This document shows, piece after piece, positions 1 through 11,587 of a stretch of 34,646 nt of DNA. The DNA is from Ministeria vibrans ATCC 50519 (taxonomy: Eukaryota > Protista > Filasterea). The position numbers were made by a program, and so were the translations under genes. The DNA is taken from positions 1 to 34,646 of the forward strand of contig CALSCP010000238.1 of the NCBI GenBank assembly GCA_943704425.1. Reading direction: 5' to 3'. The notes beneath the pieces are model-generated. The model was given only the letters and a program-made list of their open reading frames with translations, was not told where the DNA came from and did not search any database. Each line of letters begins with the position of its first letter. Positions within the stretch are counted from its first letter, which is position 1.

Positions 1-71
1 AAAAAAAAAAAAAAAAAAAAAAAAAACATATAATGGAGATGAAAAACTCACCTTATGTATACTCTTCATAG

Positions 72-924
72 ATACTTTGTGCGTGTGCTGATCCACCGCA
101 AACTGAGCAACATCACCAAAGAGCGCGACCTGTGGGTGCAGAAGTACCACATTCTGCCCAAGGTTAACAGCAGTATCAAGATGGAGGTGGGCATTGAGGA
201 CTGTCTCCACATTGAGTTTGAGTACCAGCGCTCAAAGTACGGTCTAGTCGAGAGAGGAAGAGAGAGAGAGAGAGAGAGAGATTGAAATAACGCTGAATGT
301 GTTGCAGGTACTATTTGAAAGATGCCATCGTGGGAAAGATTTACTTTCTGCTTGTGCGCATCAAAATCAAACATATGGAACTGGCAATCATCAAGCGCGA
401 GACGACTGGATCGGGCTCCAACGTGTACAACGAGAACGAAACGATTACCAAGTATGAAATCATGGACGGTGCTCCGGTGCGCGGTAAGCTCACGCAAAGA
501 GAGACAGAGAAACAAAATTTTAGAGAGGCAAACAGTGTTTTATTTTTCTCATCTTGCTCACTCGCTCACTCGTATGACATACAGGTGAATCAATTCCCAT
601 TCGACTCTTTTTGGCTGGCTTTGACATGACTCCCACCATGAAGGACATCAACAAGAAGTTTAGTGTCCGATACCATCTCAACCTTGTACGTTTCGCTCTT
701 TGTCTTTTTTTTCGGCCTGCTGCTGTTGTTGACGCTTTTTGTGTGTTTTTCTTTTTCTTTTTTTTCCAAAAAAAAAGGTACTTGTCGACGAAGAGGACCG
801 CCGCTACTTTAAGCAGCAGGAGATTACGCTGTGGCGCAAACCCGATGCGAAAATGATCGAGGCCGCACAGGCAAGGATGCGTGAGAACGACGCTGCTAAG
901 ACAGATGCCCCCGCGGCCGAGTAG
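72..924 (+). CDS. VPS26: Retromer subunit VPS26, 3' part (exons 72-236, 308-483, 585-685, 778-924; 5' end outside window)
   Basis: Spliced translation gives [94 protein letters not shown]. All introns are GT-AG with matching phases. Confidence 0.97.
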
Positions 925-1029
925 CCAGTCCGTTCCTTGAGGTTACTTTGTGTGTGAGGGAAAGAGAGACTGTGTGTGTGTGTGTGTGTGTCTGTTTGCT
1001 TTGCGTTTTGTTTTGTGTTTGTGTGTGGG

Positions 1030-1072
<43 letters not shown>

Positions 1073-1453
1073 TTGAAACCAATCCAAGCAATGAAAATTA
1101 TTCAAAAATATTATTCAATCATAAATAAATAAAAATAATAATTATTATTAATTATTACTTGAAAGTCGAATCACTTCATTCGCAGGCGTCAGCTAATTAT
1201 ACACGCCTTACCACTTCCAGCGTGGCGACAAACTTGCTCGCTTTGATTTTTCCCGAAGCGTTTCCGTTTGCGAAAAATGTAAGGATGTGTCTTAGTCAAG
1301 TTTGCCGTGCGCCTGTGGATGCTCATTCCTGCACGACGATGCCGGGTTCAACCGGAAAACAGCACTGCCGCAACCCGTTCTCGCCGCTGCTTTCCTCATA
1401 ATTTCCGGCTTGAAAAGTTGCGTTCAAAAAAAAAAAAAAAAAACGAAAGAAAA

Positions 1454-1567
1454 NNNNNNNNNNNNNNNNNNNNNNNNNNNNNNNNNNNNNNNNNNNNNNN
1501 NNNNNNNNNNNNNNNNNNNNNNNNNNNNNNNNNNNNNNNNNNNNNNNNNNNNNNNNNNNNNNNNNNN
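1454..1567. other. Assembly gap (N run) between poly-A and poly-T tracts
   Basis: Run of n characters. Confidence 0.99.
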
Positions 1568-1658
1568 GATGCTTTTTTTTTTTTTTTTTCCTCTGGTTTG
1601 TTTCTCACACACTTTTCTCACCTACATCGGTATCTGTCTCGTGTGCTTCAGGTCGGCG

Positions 1659-3668
1659 ATGGAGCTGAACGGAACGGTGGTGCTGAGGGAGTCGCACGGC
1701 CGACGCGTGCTGTTGATATGTACGAATGTGGGTTCGATCTTTGAGGACCCTGACGTGATGTTGCGCACTTGGGTGGACGAGATCACCAGCACCATCTTCG
1801 CGCACGACGCCGACTTTGTCGCGCTCCACATGCAAGAGGTGGGTGGCAAGTCATTCAAGACGGGCATGGCGATGGTGGACAGTGTCATTCAGACGCTGCG
1901 CGACGAGCCGACACTCAACGATTACGATCGCGCTCGGTTTCATTGCTACCAGGACTTCAACGTTCTCGAGCGCTTTACCGCGCTCGGTGCGCTCTTTCTC
2001 GTTCGCAACAGCATTCCTGAGCACGAGATACAGCAGTGGAACTTTGCCAAGGGCGAGTACGAGTCGATGGCCAGCCTTGTTGCGTCTGCCTCAACGCCCA
2101 TTCCCACTCACTCTGCCTCTGACTACGTTGTCGAGGAGAAATTCGACTTTAACCTGTTTCCGACGGCCCTCAAGAGTCGCAAGGGATTTCAGTGGTCGCG
2201 CTGGCGCATCGCCAACCAACAGTTTGACGTGATCAATCTGCACTTGTTCCACGACGAGTCCAACCTTGTCTCGTGGCAAAAACACCATGGTGACAGTGGT
2301 TCGCAGTATGCACAGAGCCGTCGTCTGGCTCTCGAGACAATGCTTGCGCGTTGCTCCATCGGCGACGACGAGGCTGCCTTTCTCCTGGGCGACTTCAACT
2401 TTCGTCTGCACCTCTATGACGCGGTGCGCTTCCTCGTCAGCGACGTCGGTGCAGATCTCGCGCGACGCGGTTCCTTCGACGACCCTAGCGAGGCGACGCG
2501 CATCGTCGCAACCGCACGCGATAGTTTGCCGACGTGCGAGCCGCAGCACGTACGCGACACCAATAGCAAACTCACCAAGCTCGTCTTTCGCGGTCGCGGC
2601 GGCACCAGCACCCTCCCGGCGCCCTTTGAGACAAAAATGTCGTCGTCGTCCATGTCCATTTACATGGGCGATCGCTCCGACATGGCCAACAGTCAGGGCG
2701 ATCTTTCCGGTAGCGCGGACAACGCAACGCCTGAAATTGTGACGACCGACGCCACACACACAGCACCAGTATCAACAACAGCAACAGCAACAGTAGTAGG
2801 AGTAGCGACGGAGAAGAGCCTTAAGCACGACGTGAAGAGGGGTCGCCTCGACACGGAGGATGCCGAAGTGGCGTGCGCCGCAGACAACGCAGCAAGGAGC
2901 GACCTTACCATTCCCCAGGTGGATGTGCGTGCTGCAACCCCTCACGAGGGCTCCAATGGCACGACCGCCGAAGCGACGCCTGTTGCCACGGTAGTCATTG
3001 GCGAGGCGTCCTCGGACGCCGTCTACGAGCCGGGACCAACACGCGACTTGTCCGCGCTGTCGGTGCCGCCCAAGTGGTCGCGCACCAGCTCGATGATGAG
3101 CCACGCCAGCGAGACGAGCGAAGTGAGCGACTGCGACGGTGCCTCGGGATCGCTATCGTTATCATCGGTCATTCCCACGGACGACGGTGGCCAGAGCACC
3201 GTCGTGGTGACACCACCTACGGCGACGAGTCAGGCGGCGAGCGGCAGTGAGACACCCACCAACGACGACGACGACGGCCCGGTGCTGCTCGAGATTGAAA
3301 AGAAGAAGTTTCGGCTGGCGGTGGAGCGCTGGAAGCTCTTCTCGCAGAACAACGGCGCTGCGCTGCTGCCCTTTGACGAGGAGCCGGCGCTGTTTACTTC
3401 GCCACGCATGTATGAGCAACCGCGGATATTCGCGCCTACGTACCCATTTGAAGAAGACAACTCCAAAGGTGCGATGTACATGCCAACGCGCTGTCCAGCC
3501 TGGTGCGACCGCATTCTCATGACGGCCGCCGGTCAGAGCATGGTCACGCGCGCACAAGCCCCGCCCATTTACGACTCCTTTTCCAAGAGCATCTGCGTCG
3601 GAGACCACAAGCCCGTCCTCCTGGCCTTCTCCCTTCCACCCATGGTCTTCTACGAGTCGTCTGTATAG
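1659..3668 (+). CDS. INPP5A: Type I inositol-1,4,5-trisphosphate 5-phosphatase (INPP5A-like), 669 aa, single coding exon
   Basis: Motifs LLICTNVGSIFE, ALHMQEVGGK, FTALG, SRKGF, NLHLFHDESNL, GDFNFRL, PTYPFEED, TRCPAWCDRILM and GDHKPV match the INPP5A family. The ATG at 1659 follows a probable 5'UTR acceptor (ttcag|). The ORF-track upstream part crosses the gap and is not credible. Confidence 0.93.
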   Translation: MELNGTVVLRESHGRRVLLICTNVGSIFEDPDVMLRTWVDEITSTIFAHDADFVALHMQEVGGKSFKTGMAMVDSVIQTLRDEPTLNDYDRARFHCYQDFNVLERFTALGALFLVRNSIPEHEIQQWNFAKGEYESMASLVASASTPIPTHSASDYVVEEKFDFNLFPTALKSRKGFQWSRWRIANQQFDVINLHLFHDESNLVSWQKHHGDSGSQYAQSRRLALETMLARCSIGDDEAAFLLGDFNFRLHLYDAVRFLVSDVGADLARRGSFDDPSEATRIVATARDSLPTCEPQHVRDTNSKLTKLVFRGRGGTSTLPAPFETKMSSSSMSIYMGDRSDMANSQGDLSGSADNATPEIVTTDATHTAPVSTTATATVVGVATEKSLKHDVKRGRLDTEDAEVACAADNAARSDLTIPQVDVRAATPHEGSNGTTAEATPVATVVIGEASSDAVYEPGPTRDLSALSVPPKWSRTSSMMSHASETSEVSDCDGASGSLSLSSVIPTDDGGQSTVVVTPPTATSQAASGSETPTNDDDDGPVLLEIEKKKFRLAVERWKLFSQNNGAALLPFDEEPALFTSPRMYEQPRIFAPTYPFEEDNSKGAMYMPTRCPAWCDRILMTAAGQSMVTRAQAPPIYDSFSKSICVGDHKPVLLAFSLPPMVFYESSV

Positions 3669-3820
3669 TTGTCTGATCCACAAAGAGGCAGAGAGAGAGA
3701 GAGAGATCAAAAGAGCGAACATTTAACCAACAATCCATAAGAGAGGGAGGGAGGAGGAGAGCACAATAATTAAACCCCATATTCTACGTTAATTTTCATG
3801 ACAAATATAAAACGTTTGAT

Positions 3821-5263
3821 TCATTTCCAGGGATGAGCAAAATCGACAAGGTGCTGGGGGTTCTTGCGATAGCACTTGGTGCCGTACATGCAGACGGGTT
3901 TAGATGGCGGTGTGAGATCGTGTCCGCTGTCATCACCATCACTGTCGTCTTCGGGCTCGTCAGCATCGACTGCTGCGTCGTCCGCTACAATGGCGTCATC
4001 GTCGTCATCGGGTGCCCATGCTTCGTCGCCGTCCGAGTCGTCTAAGTCTGCTTTGCGTCGTCGTTTCTTGATCTTGCTATTCTTGTTGCCGGCGCTGCTG
4101 TTGCTTGTCGCCGGTGGTGTGGCTGGCGTGTCGCTCTCGTCACTTGAATCCCATGCCGGTCGTCGCTTTTCCCGGCTTTTACTACCCTTGGATGTGGTGT
4201 TCTTGCTCTTGGCCACCTCCTCGCTTTTGGGTGTGGAAGTGGAAGAAAGCACGGCGGGCACGGCGGGCACGGCAAGCACGGCAGGCACGGCAGGCACGGC
4301 AGGCACTGGGACCACTTTGACTGAAGAAACAGCTGGTTCCGCACGAGACTGAAGGCTGATGGTGCTGGGCGAGTCGCTACTGTTGGTGTTATTGATGCTA
4401 TTGCTGGTGGTGTCGCTGCTAGAGGACGGGACGGGGGTGGCAGTGGACGTATGTATCCTACCAAGACTATTACTAGAGGTAATAGTAGTAGCAGTAGTAG
4501 TAGTGGTGGTGGTGGTGGTGGCAGTGGAAGAGGGAGGATTGCCAGAGGAGAGAGTGGGCACCGCTGTGGCGGTGGCAGTGGTGGGCAATTTGGCGCCAGA
4601 GGTGAGCCAGCTTGGTAGCGGGCGTCCTCCTAAGCTGCTACCAGTCTTGTTGGCCGAGGCCACAGGTTGCTTCGGTTGTTGTTTGGGCTTTTTGACGTGA
4701 TCGTCTTGAGCACACGCATCGTCGTCATCTTCGACCGCTTTTCTCTTTCGCGCTGACTCTTTGGCGACCGGTAGAGGGTCGGGTACAGGCTCGAGTGCAG
4801 ATACAACTGGAGGAGTAACAGAACGGGCAGCAGGAGGACTCGAAGCAGTTTGATTGTCGGACTCGATGGAGACACGAAAGAACAAGTCGTCTTTGAGAAA
4901 GGAAATCACATCGCCTCGCATCAACTGGTGCCAGATGTCTTTGCCTAAGGGGATCACATCGTCGTCTTCGAAGTCGACACGAAAGGTCGGATTCACGTGC
5001 ACTCGCTGCAGTTGGAACATGGAGTCAGCAAAGCGAACCTGAAAGAGAGAGTGAGAGAGTGAGAGAGAGCCAAAAGACATAAACAAGACACAGCATGATG
5101 GGTTCTGGCAAACCTTGCAGTGTTGTCGTGATACACGCTTGCTTGTCACCGAGAGGAGTGGACCGCGCCCGAGGAGCACCTCTTTGGAATCGGACACATC
5201 AAGGTCAACCGGAGAACCAGTGGAGCAACCTTTGGCATCGCATGGCGTCAAGGAACACTTCAT
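3821..5263 (-). CDS. APLF: Aprataxin/PNKP-like factor (APLF-like): FHA domain, Ku-binding motif, acidic tract, one PBZ finger; exons 5263-5114, 5038-3821, ~455 aa
   Basis: N-terminal VLLGRGPLLSVTSKRVSRQH (APLF-type FHA), RPLPSWL (Ku-binding motif-like), C-terminal CMYGTKCYRKNPQHLVDFAHP (PBZ). 75-nt GT-AG intron at 5113-5039. Confidence 0.88.
   Translation of the reverse strand: MKCSLTPCDAKGCSTGSPVDLDVSDSKEVLLGRGPLLSVTSKRVSRQHCKVCQNPSCCVLFMSFGSLSLSHSLFQVRFADSMFQLQRVHVNPTFRVDFEDDDVIPLGKDIWHQLMRGDVISFLKDDLFFRVSIESDNQTASSPPAARSVTPPVVSALEPVPDPLPVAKESARKRKAVEDDDDACAQDDHVKKPKQQPKQPVASANKTGSSLGGRPLPSWLTSGAKLPTTATATAVPTLSSGNPPSSTATTTTTTTTTATTITSSNSLGRIHTSTATPVPSSSSDTTSNSINNTNSSDSPSTISLQSRAEPAVSSVKVVPVPAVPAVPAVLAVPAVPAVLSSTSTPKSEEVAKSKNTTSKGSKSREKRRPAWDSSDESDTPATPPATSNSSAGNKNSKIKKRRRKADLDDSDGDEAWAPDDDDDAIVADDAAVDADEPEDDSDGDDSGHDLTPPSKPVCMYGTKCYRKNPQHLVDFAHPWK
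4249..4307. repeat. 9-bp coding tandem repeat (GCACGGCAG-like) encoding PAVPAVPAVLAVPAVPAV
   Basis: About six imperfect units visible in the sequence. Confidence 0.85.
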
Positions 5264-5387
5264 AAATCGACGAGTGCAGGCGAGCGCAGAGTATACGTTC
5301 AATTGCGTAATTATTATTGTTTTTTAACCACTGATCAATCACCAAAACAAAATTTCTTTCACACACTTTTTTCTCGTTAATTAGGAC

Positions 5388-5900
5388 ATGAGCAAACTGA
5401 CGGAAGAGGAACTGGAGGAGATGGCGATACGAGAGATATTGGGAGACACAACACGACGAAAAATTGCCGCAGGAGTGTGTGGGGCGGATGGATGGGCAGG
5501 AAAGAAACGGGGCGTAGTGTCGAAGCAATTCTTTGCGAATACACTTGTGGCCACGGTGGTGTCGAATGTCCACCAGGAACGGGCACGCGAAGACGAGGGC
5601 AGCTGCGTTGAAGAGGAAAGAATGGCGGGAAGTGCAGGGGCGCGGAGAAGAAGACGACGAGGCGAGGCACGGCGCAGTCGCAGTCGCAGTCGCAGTCGCA
5701 GTCGCAGTCCCGACCCCGACAGAAGAAGACGCAGTGATGGCCACCGCCACAGTCGCAGCCCTAGCCCCGACCGAAGAAGACACCAAGGTGTTCATACGGT
5801 GCGTGGCAGCAGTGCAGACCATGCAAGCCACAGAAGTCAACGTGCCGAAGGGGGTAGGTGGCAAGAGAGGCGCACGAGCACAAGAAAACCTAAAACTTAA
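5388..5900 (+). CDS. POLR1D-isoform-2-like small protein with Arg/Ser-rich tail, 170 aa
   Basis: N-terminus EELEEMAIREILGDTTRRKIAAGVCGADGW...KQFFANTL resembles my recollection of human POLR1D isoform 2 (ELERKAIEELL...GPMGW...KRFLINTI). An RSRSRS repeat is encoded by (CGCAGT)n at ~5672-5707. Confidence 0.72.
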   Translation: MSKLTEEELEEMAIREILGDTTRRKIAAGVCGADGWAGKKRGVVSKQFFANTLVATVVSNVHQERAREDEGSCVEEERMAGSAGARRRRRRGEARRSRSRSRSRSRSPDPDRRRRSDGHRHSRSPSPDRRRHQGVHTVRGSSADHASHRSQRAEGGRWQERRTSTRKPKT

Positions 5901-5967
5901 GATCGAGTTGGGAATAAATGCCGTTGTATAAAAAAAAAAGAAGTAAAATGGAAGAACGAAAGAATCG

Positions 5968-7829
5968 TCAAAGGAAGGGGTTTGGAAAATGAGGAACGGG
6001 AATTTGAGCGACGCGCATGTACGCACGATCGGAGAAGGTTTGCACGACCGCGTTGAGTGGCTGATGGGGAGCTTGCGTCGCGACTGTGTTGAGCCGCACA
6101 AAGCACGGCTCAAGCAGCTCACGGGTGGCATTCGAGTAGCGCCAAAAGTCACAAGCGTCCTAAAATTAAAGATCAAAATATTAATGTGTCAGACCTGGCG
6201 AAAAATGTCCTTGAAATCGTGTACCCATTTGTCGACGGAGCGATTGACAAGGAGCGCCAGGCGAATGGCAGAGGCGGCAATAACGGATGGCGCCCAGACA
6301 CTAAAGTCATGTTCTTGTAAAGTCAATGTTGCATAGTAGACCGAAAGGCAAATCTCTCTGCTCGAAGCAATGATGCGCTGTTAAATATGCGAGAAAGAAA
6401 AATGTTTCAGTGATGCAACGGGAAGGAAGAGACAGTGCGTACGTTTTGATAATTGGCCACAAACCAATACGGGGTGGGAGGTACCAGAAAGAAATCGAGC
6501 TGAACCATCAACGTGTGTTCCATTGCAATAATCGCCGAGCTGCACGCAATAGGATCAGTCCGATGCGTTTCTCTCACTCACACACACAAGCACAAATACC
6601 CACCCATATTATATACAAAAGAGGTCCGTCTCTCTCTTTCCCAATCAATTAGTTTCTCCCACTCTCACTTTGTTTATCACTTTGCTTTGTGTTTCTCTCT
6701 ATCACTCTGTTTCTTTCCCCTCCTCTCTCTCTATCACTTGTCTCTCTCTCTCTATCACTTTGTTTCTCCCTCCCTCCTCTCTCTCTCTATCACTTTGTTT
6801 CTTTCTCCCTCCTTTCTATCTCGCTCTCTCCGTCTCTTTCACACGTACCGATGATAGGTATTGTCACAAATCCAGACCATGTCTGCCACTTCGGGCACAC
6901 GGAGTTCCTCGATCTTGGCAGCAAGAAACATACAAGTAGCGCCCAGCAGCTGAAACTGGTTCTGGCGCACCCGATTGTGCAACGTCAAAAAACGATCGAG
7001 ATAGCGCACGGCCGTGAAGAGTGTCTCGGGAAACATCCCAAAAGTGCGCTGTACTTCGACCAGCCAATCGACAAGGGTCGCTCGGTTGTGAACGCGCAGC
7101 GCTCGTTGCTGCTGCATGAACCCAGGCATCACATAGTACTCGGGTGCAACCTACCATTAAAATTTTATGGGCGAATCATTTTTTTCCTCTCTGATTTTAC
7201 CTGTCTTGCCAGCATAGTATTGTGGGTGTCTAGGCTGAGATCATTCTCTTCGCCTTGCTGAAAGGCAATCGGTGCTTCGTTGTCGGCGTCCGCAACAACA
7301 ACAACAGCGCGCTGATTGTTTGCATGTATCTGCGGTCTTGCGTCCACCACGCCTTCTTCTTCTTCTACTACTACTTCTTCTTGTGCCCTTCTTTCCGGTG
7401 CAGCAGCGGGAACCGCACGCTCGTCGATAAGTTCCGCACGAGCCAAGTCTTCTTCCTCGGTCGCCTCCGCGTCTTCCTCCTTCCCCTCTTCAAAGTCTTC
7501 CTCCCCCTTTCCCTCTTCAACGTCTTCATCTTCGACGCCTCGTCTTGGTTGCGCTGCTCTGACAACCTCGCCGGGTCGCACAATACGATCCGAAGTGGCC
7601 ACGGCCAATAGCCTGTCAATGGTGGCAGGTACAACGGCGAGTGCGGCTCCCGCTGCCGATGCCACAGCAGACACAGCCGCCGCAACAAACCCCGGCTCCA
7701 AAGTAGAACCCGACTGAGTTTTGACGTGGCTTGTAGAGCCGGCATGGTGGGGCTCTACCAAAAAAAGAAAAGAAGAAGAAAAAATATTAAACACACAAAG
7801 AAGAACAATAAAATAATAATAATAATAAC

Positions 7830-7888
<59 letters not shown>

Positions 7889-8621
7889 TATATATTATAG
7901 TGATCACACCTGCTGCGACATTGGCGTCGGCACTGTTGTCGTTCACAGGGTCGGTGTCGCCAGTATTGGATATAATCTGACCATTGCTGGCATCGTGGAA
8001 GTGTGTCTCGTCCGGGGTGGCGGTGACGGTTTGAGTGTGTTCGATTGCAAATGCTTCGTCGAGCAACCCGCTGTCGTCGAGGCTTTCCCGCAGTTGTTCT
8101 GTGGCCACGGCATTCGCGGGTTGAACGTGGTGTTGGGTTTCCGGAGCGGCAGCCACCGCAGCGGCGCTAGTACACTCCTGAGACTCGCTCGAAGTCGCAC
8201 CGACCGTTACCCGAATTTTCTTCGTCGCCCTGCGCGTTTCCCTGCCCGCTGCCGCCTCTCCGCCCGTGCCCGCATCGCGCGCAGCACGCACAGTCTCTTG
8301 CACCCCCGCTTCCTCGGGCTCGCGGCCGCGCTTACCAATCAGTGCCTAGGCGGGAAGTTTGAATGGCCAACAAGACACAAAAGGGCAAGGGCGATGAAGA
8401 CGCGATCAAACGAGTGCCCTCTCGCACGCATCCATCGCGAAGCAACAATACAATGGAGGTTACGCCAAGCGCGCGTCGTATATATGCTTGCAAGTGTGTG
8501 CATGGAGTGTGTCTCGTACCGGCGAAACGTTGGCCGTTTTCGCACGGGTCCGTGTGACCGCGTGCGCTCGCAGCGGCGCCGATGTTCCATCCTCAAATGG
8601 AACTACGTTCGTTTCATCCAT
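5968..8621 (-). CDS. Cyclin (A/B-type box, divergent), 7 exons: 8621-8520, 8345-7910, 7754-7201, 7150-6849, 6539-6443, 6377-6225, 6159-5968; ~611 aa
   Basis: Cyclin box NRATLVDWLVEV...ETLFTAVRYLDRFL...QLLGATCMFLAAKIEE, then AMEHTLMVQLDFFLVPPTPYWF and C-terminal fold WAPSVIAASAIRLA. Splice phases close to an intact ORF. Confidence 0.9.
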
Positions 8622-8916
8622 AGAATGAAACGATTAATTCTGAAGTTTGTATGTTGACTTTTTTACAAAAAAAAAAACGATAAACGATTATGTGAGTTCC
8701 AAAGTGAAGTGTGATCTTCACTCGCGAGCCAAGCAGGAGTGATAGCTGATAACCCCCCAGCAGCAGCATCCTGATTCCTGGCCATTTACTTCTGACTTCT
8801 AAGTAGTTAGTAGTGGGTAATCTTATGTATGGCTTCTGGGGTTATTGGAGTGAGTCGTGTTTGGAGTTTCAGTTTGATTTGCGTAAGAAGTCACATGAAC
8901 TTTCGTCTTCGCAGTC

Positions 8917-9024
8917 ATGCTGAAATATCGAGTCGGGATGAGAGTGTCCCAACTCACTCACCCCCAAGAGAGTCTTTACAAGCCCACAGTCGCTGAACTG
9001 TCACAGCGTCGACAGCAAAGTTGA
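8917..9024 (+). other. Candidate 35-aa small ORF (MLKYRVGMRVSQLTHPQESLYKPTVAELSQRRQQS) behind a putative 5'UTR intron 8692-8914
   Basis: GTGAGT donor at 8692, TTTCGTCTTCGCAG acceptor ending 8914, ATG at 8917, TGA at 9022-9024, AATAAA repeats at ~9033-9046. No recognisable homology. Confidence 0.3.
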
Positions 9025-9073
9025 TTTTTAAAAATAAATAAATAAAACTTGAACCTCTCCAAACAAACATGAC

Positions 9074-11442
<2,369 letters not shown>

Positions 11443-11587
11443 TGCAATAAGATTATATGAAAATGTCTGCTAATTAGTAATTCTGCATTTCTGCTTCATT
11501 GATCATTCTTTAGTAGCATTGACATTTTCTGTACCATTGATCATTCATAGTCGTCACTACTCCTTTTTTTAAACATCCACATCAAAC

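Noticed and set aside
1302-1658. N-terminal extension of the 788-aa INPP5A ORF
   Set aside because: Runs through poly-A, the N gap and poly-T; more likely 5'UTR/intron.
5205-6176. 323-aa minus-strand ORF
   Set aside because: Overlaps the last cyclin exon out of frame and is antisense to the POLR1D-like gene; no motifs.
8700-9020. SRP RNA, RNase P/MRP, telomerase RNA, hammerhead or canonical H/ACA snoRNA
   Set aside because: I could not find the diagnostic motifs by eye (SRP helix 8, P4 strands, CUAACCCU template, CUGAUGA/GAAA, well-placed H box); left as an unclassified candidate.
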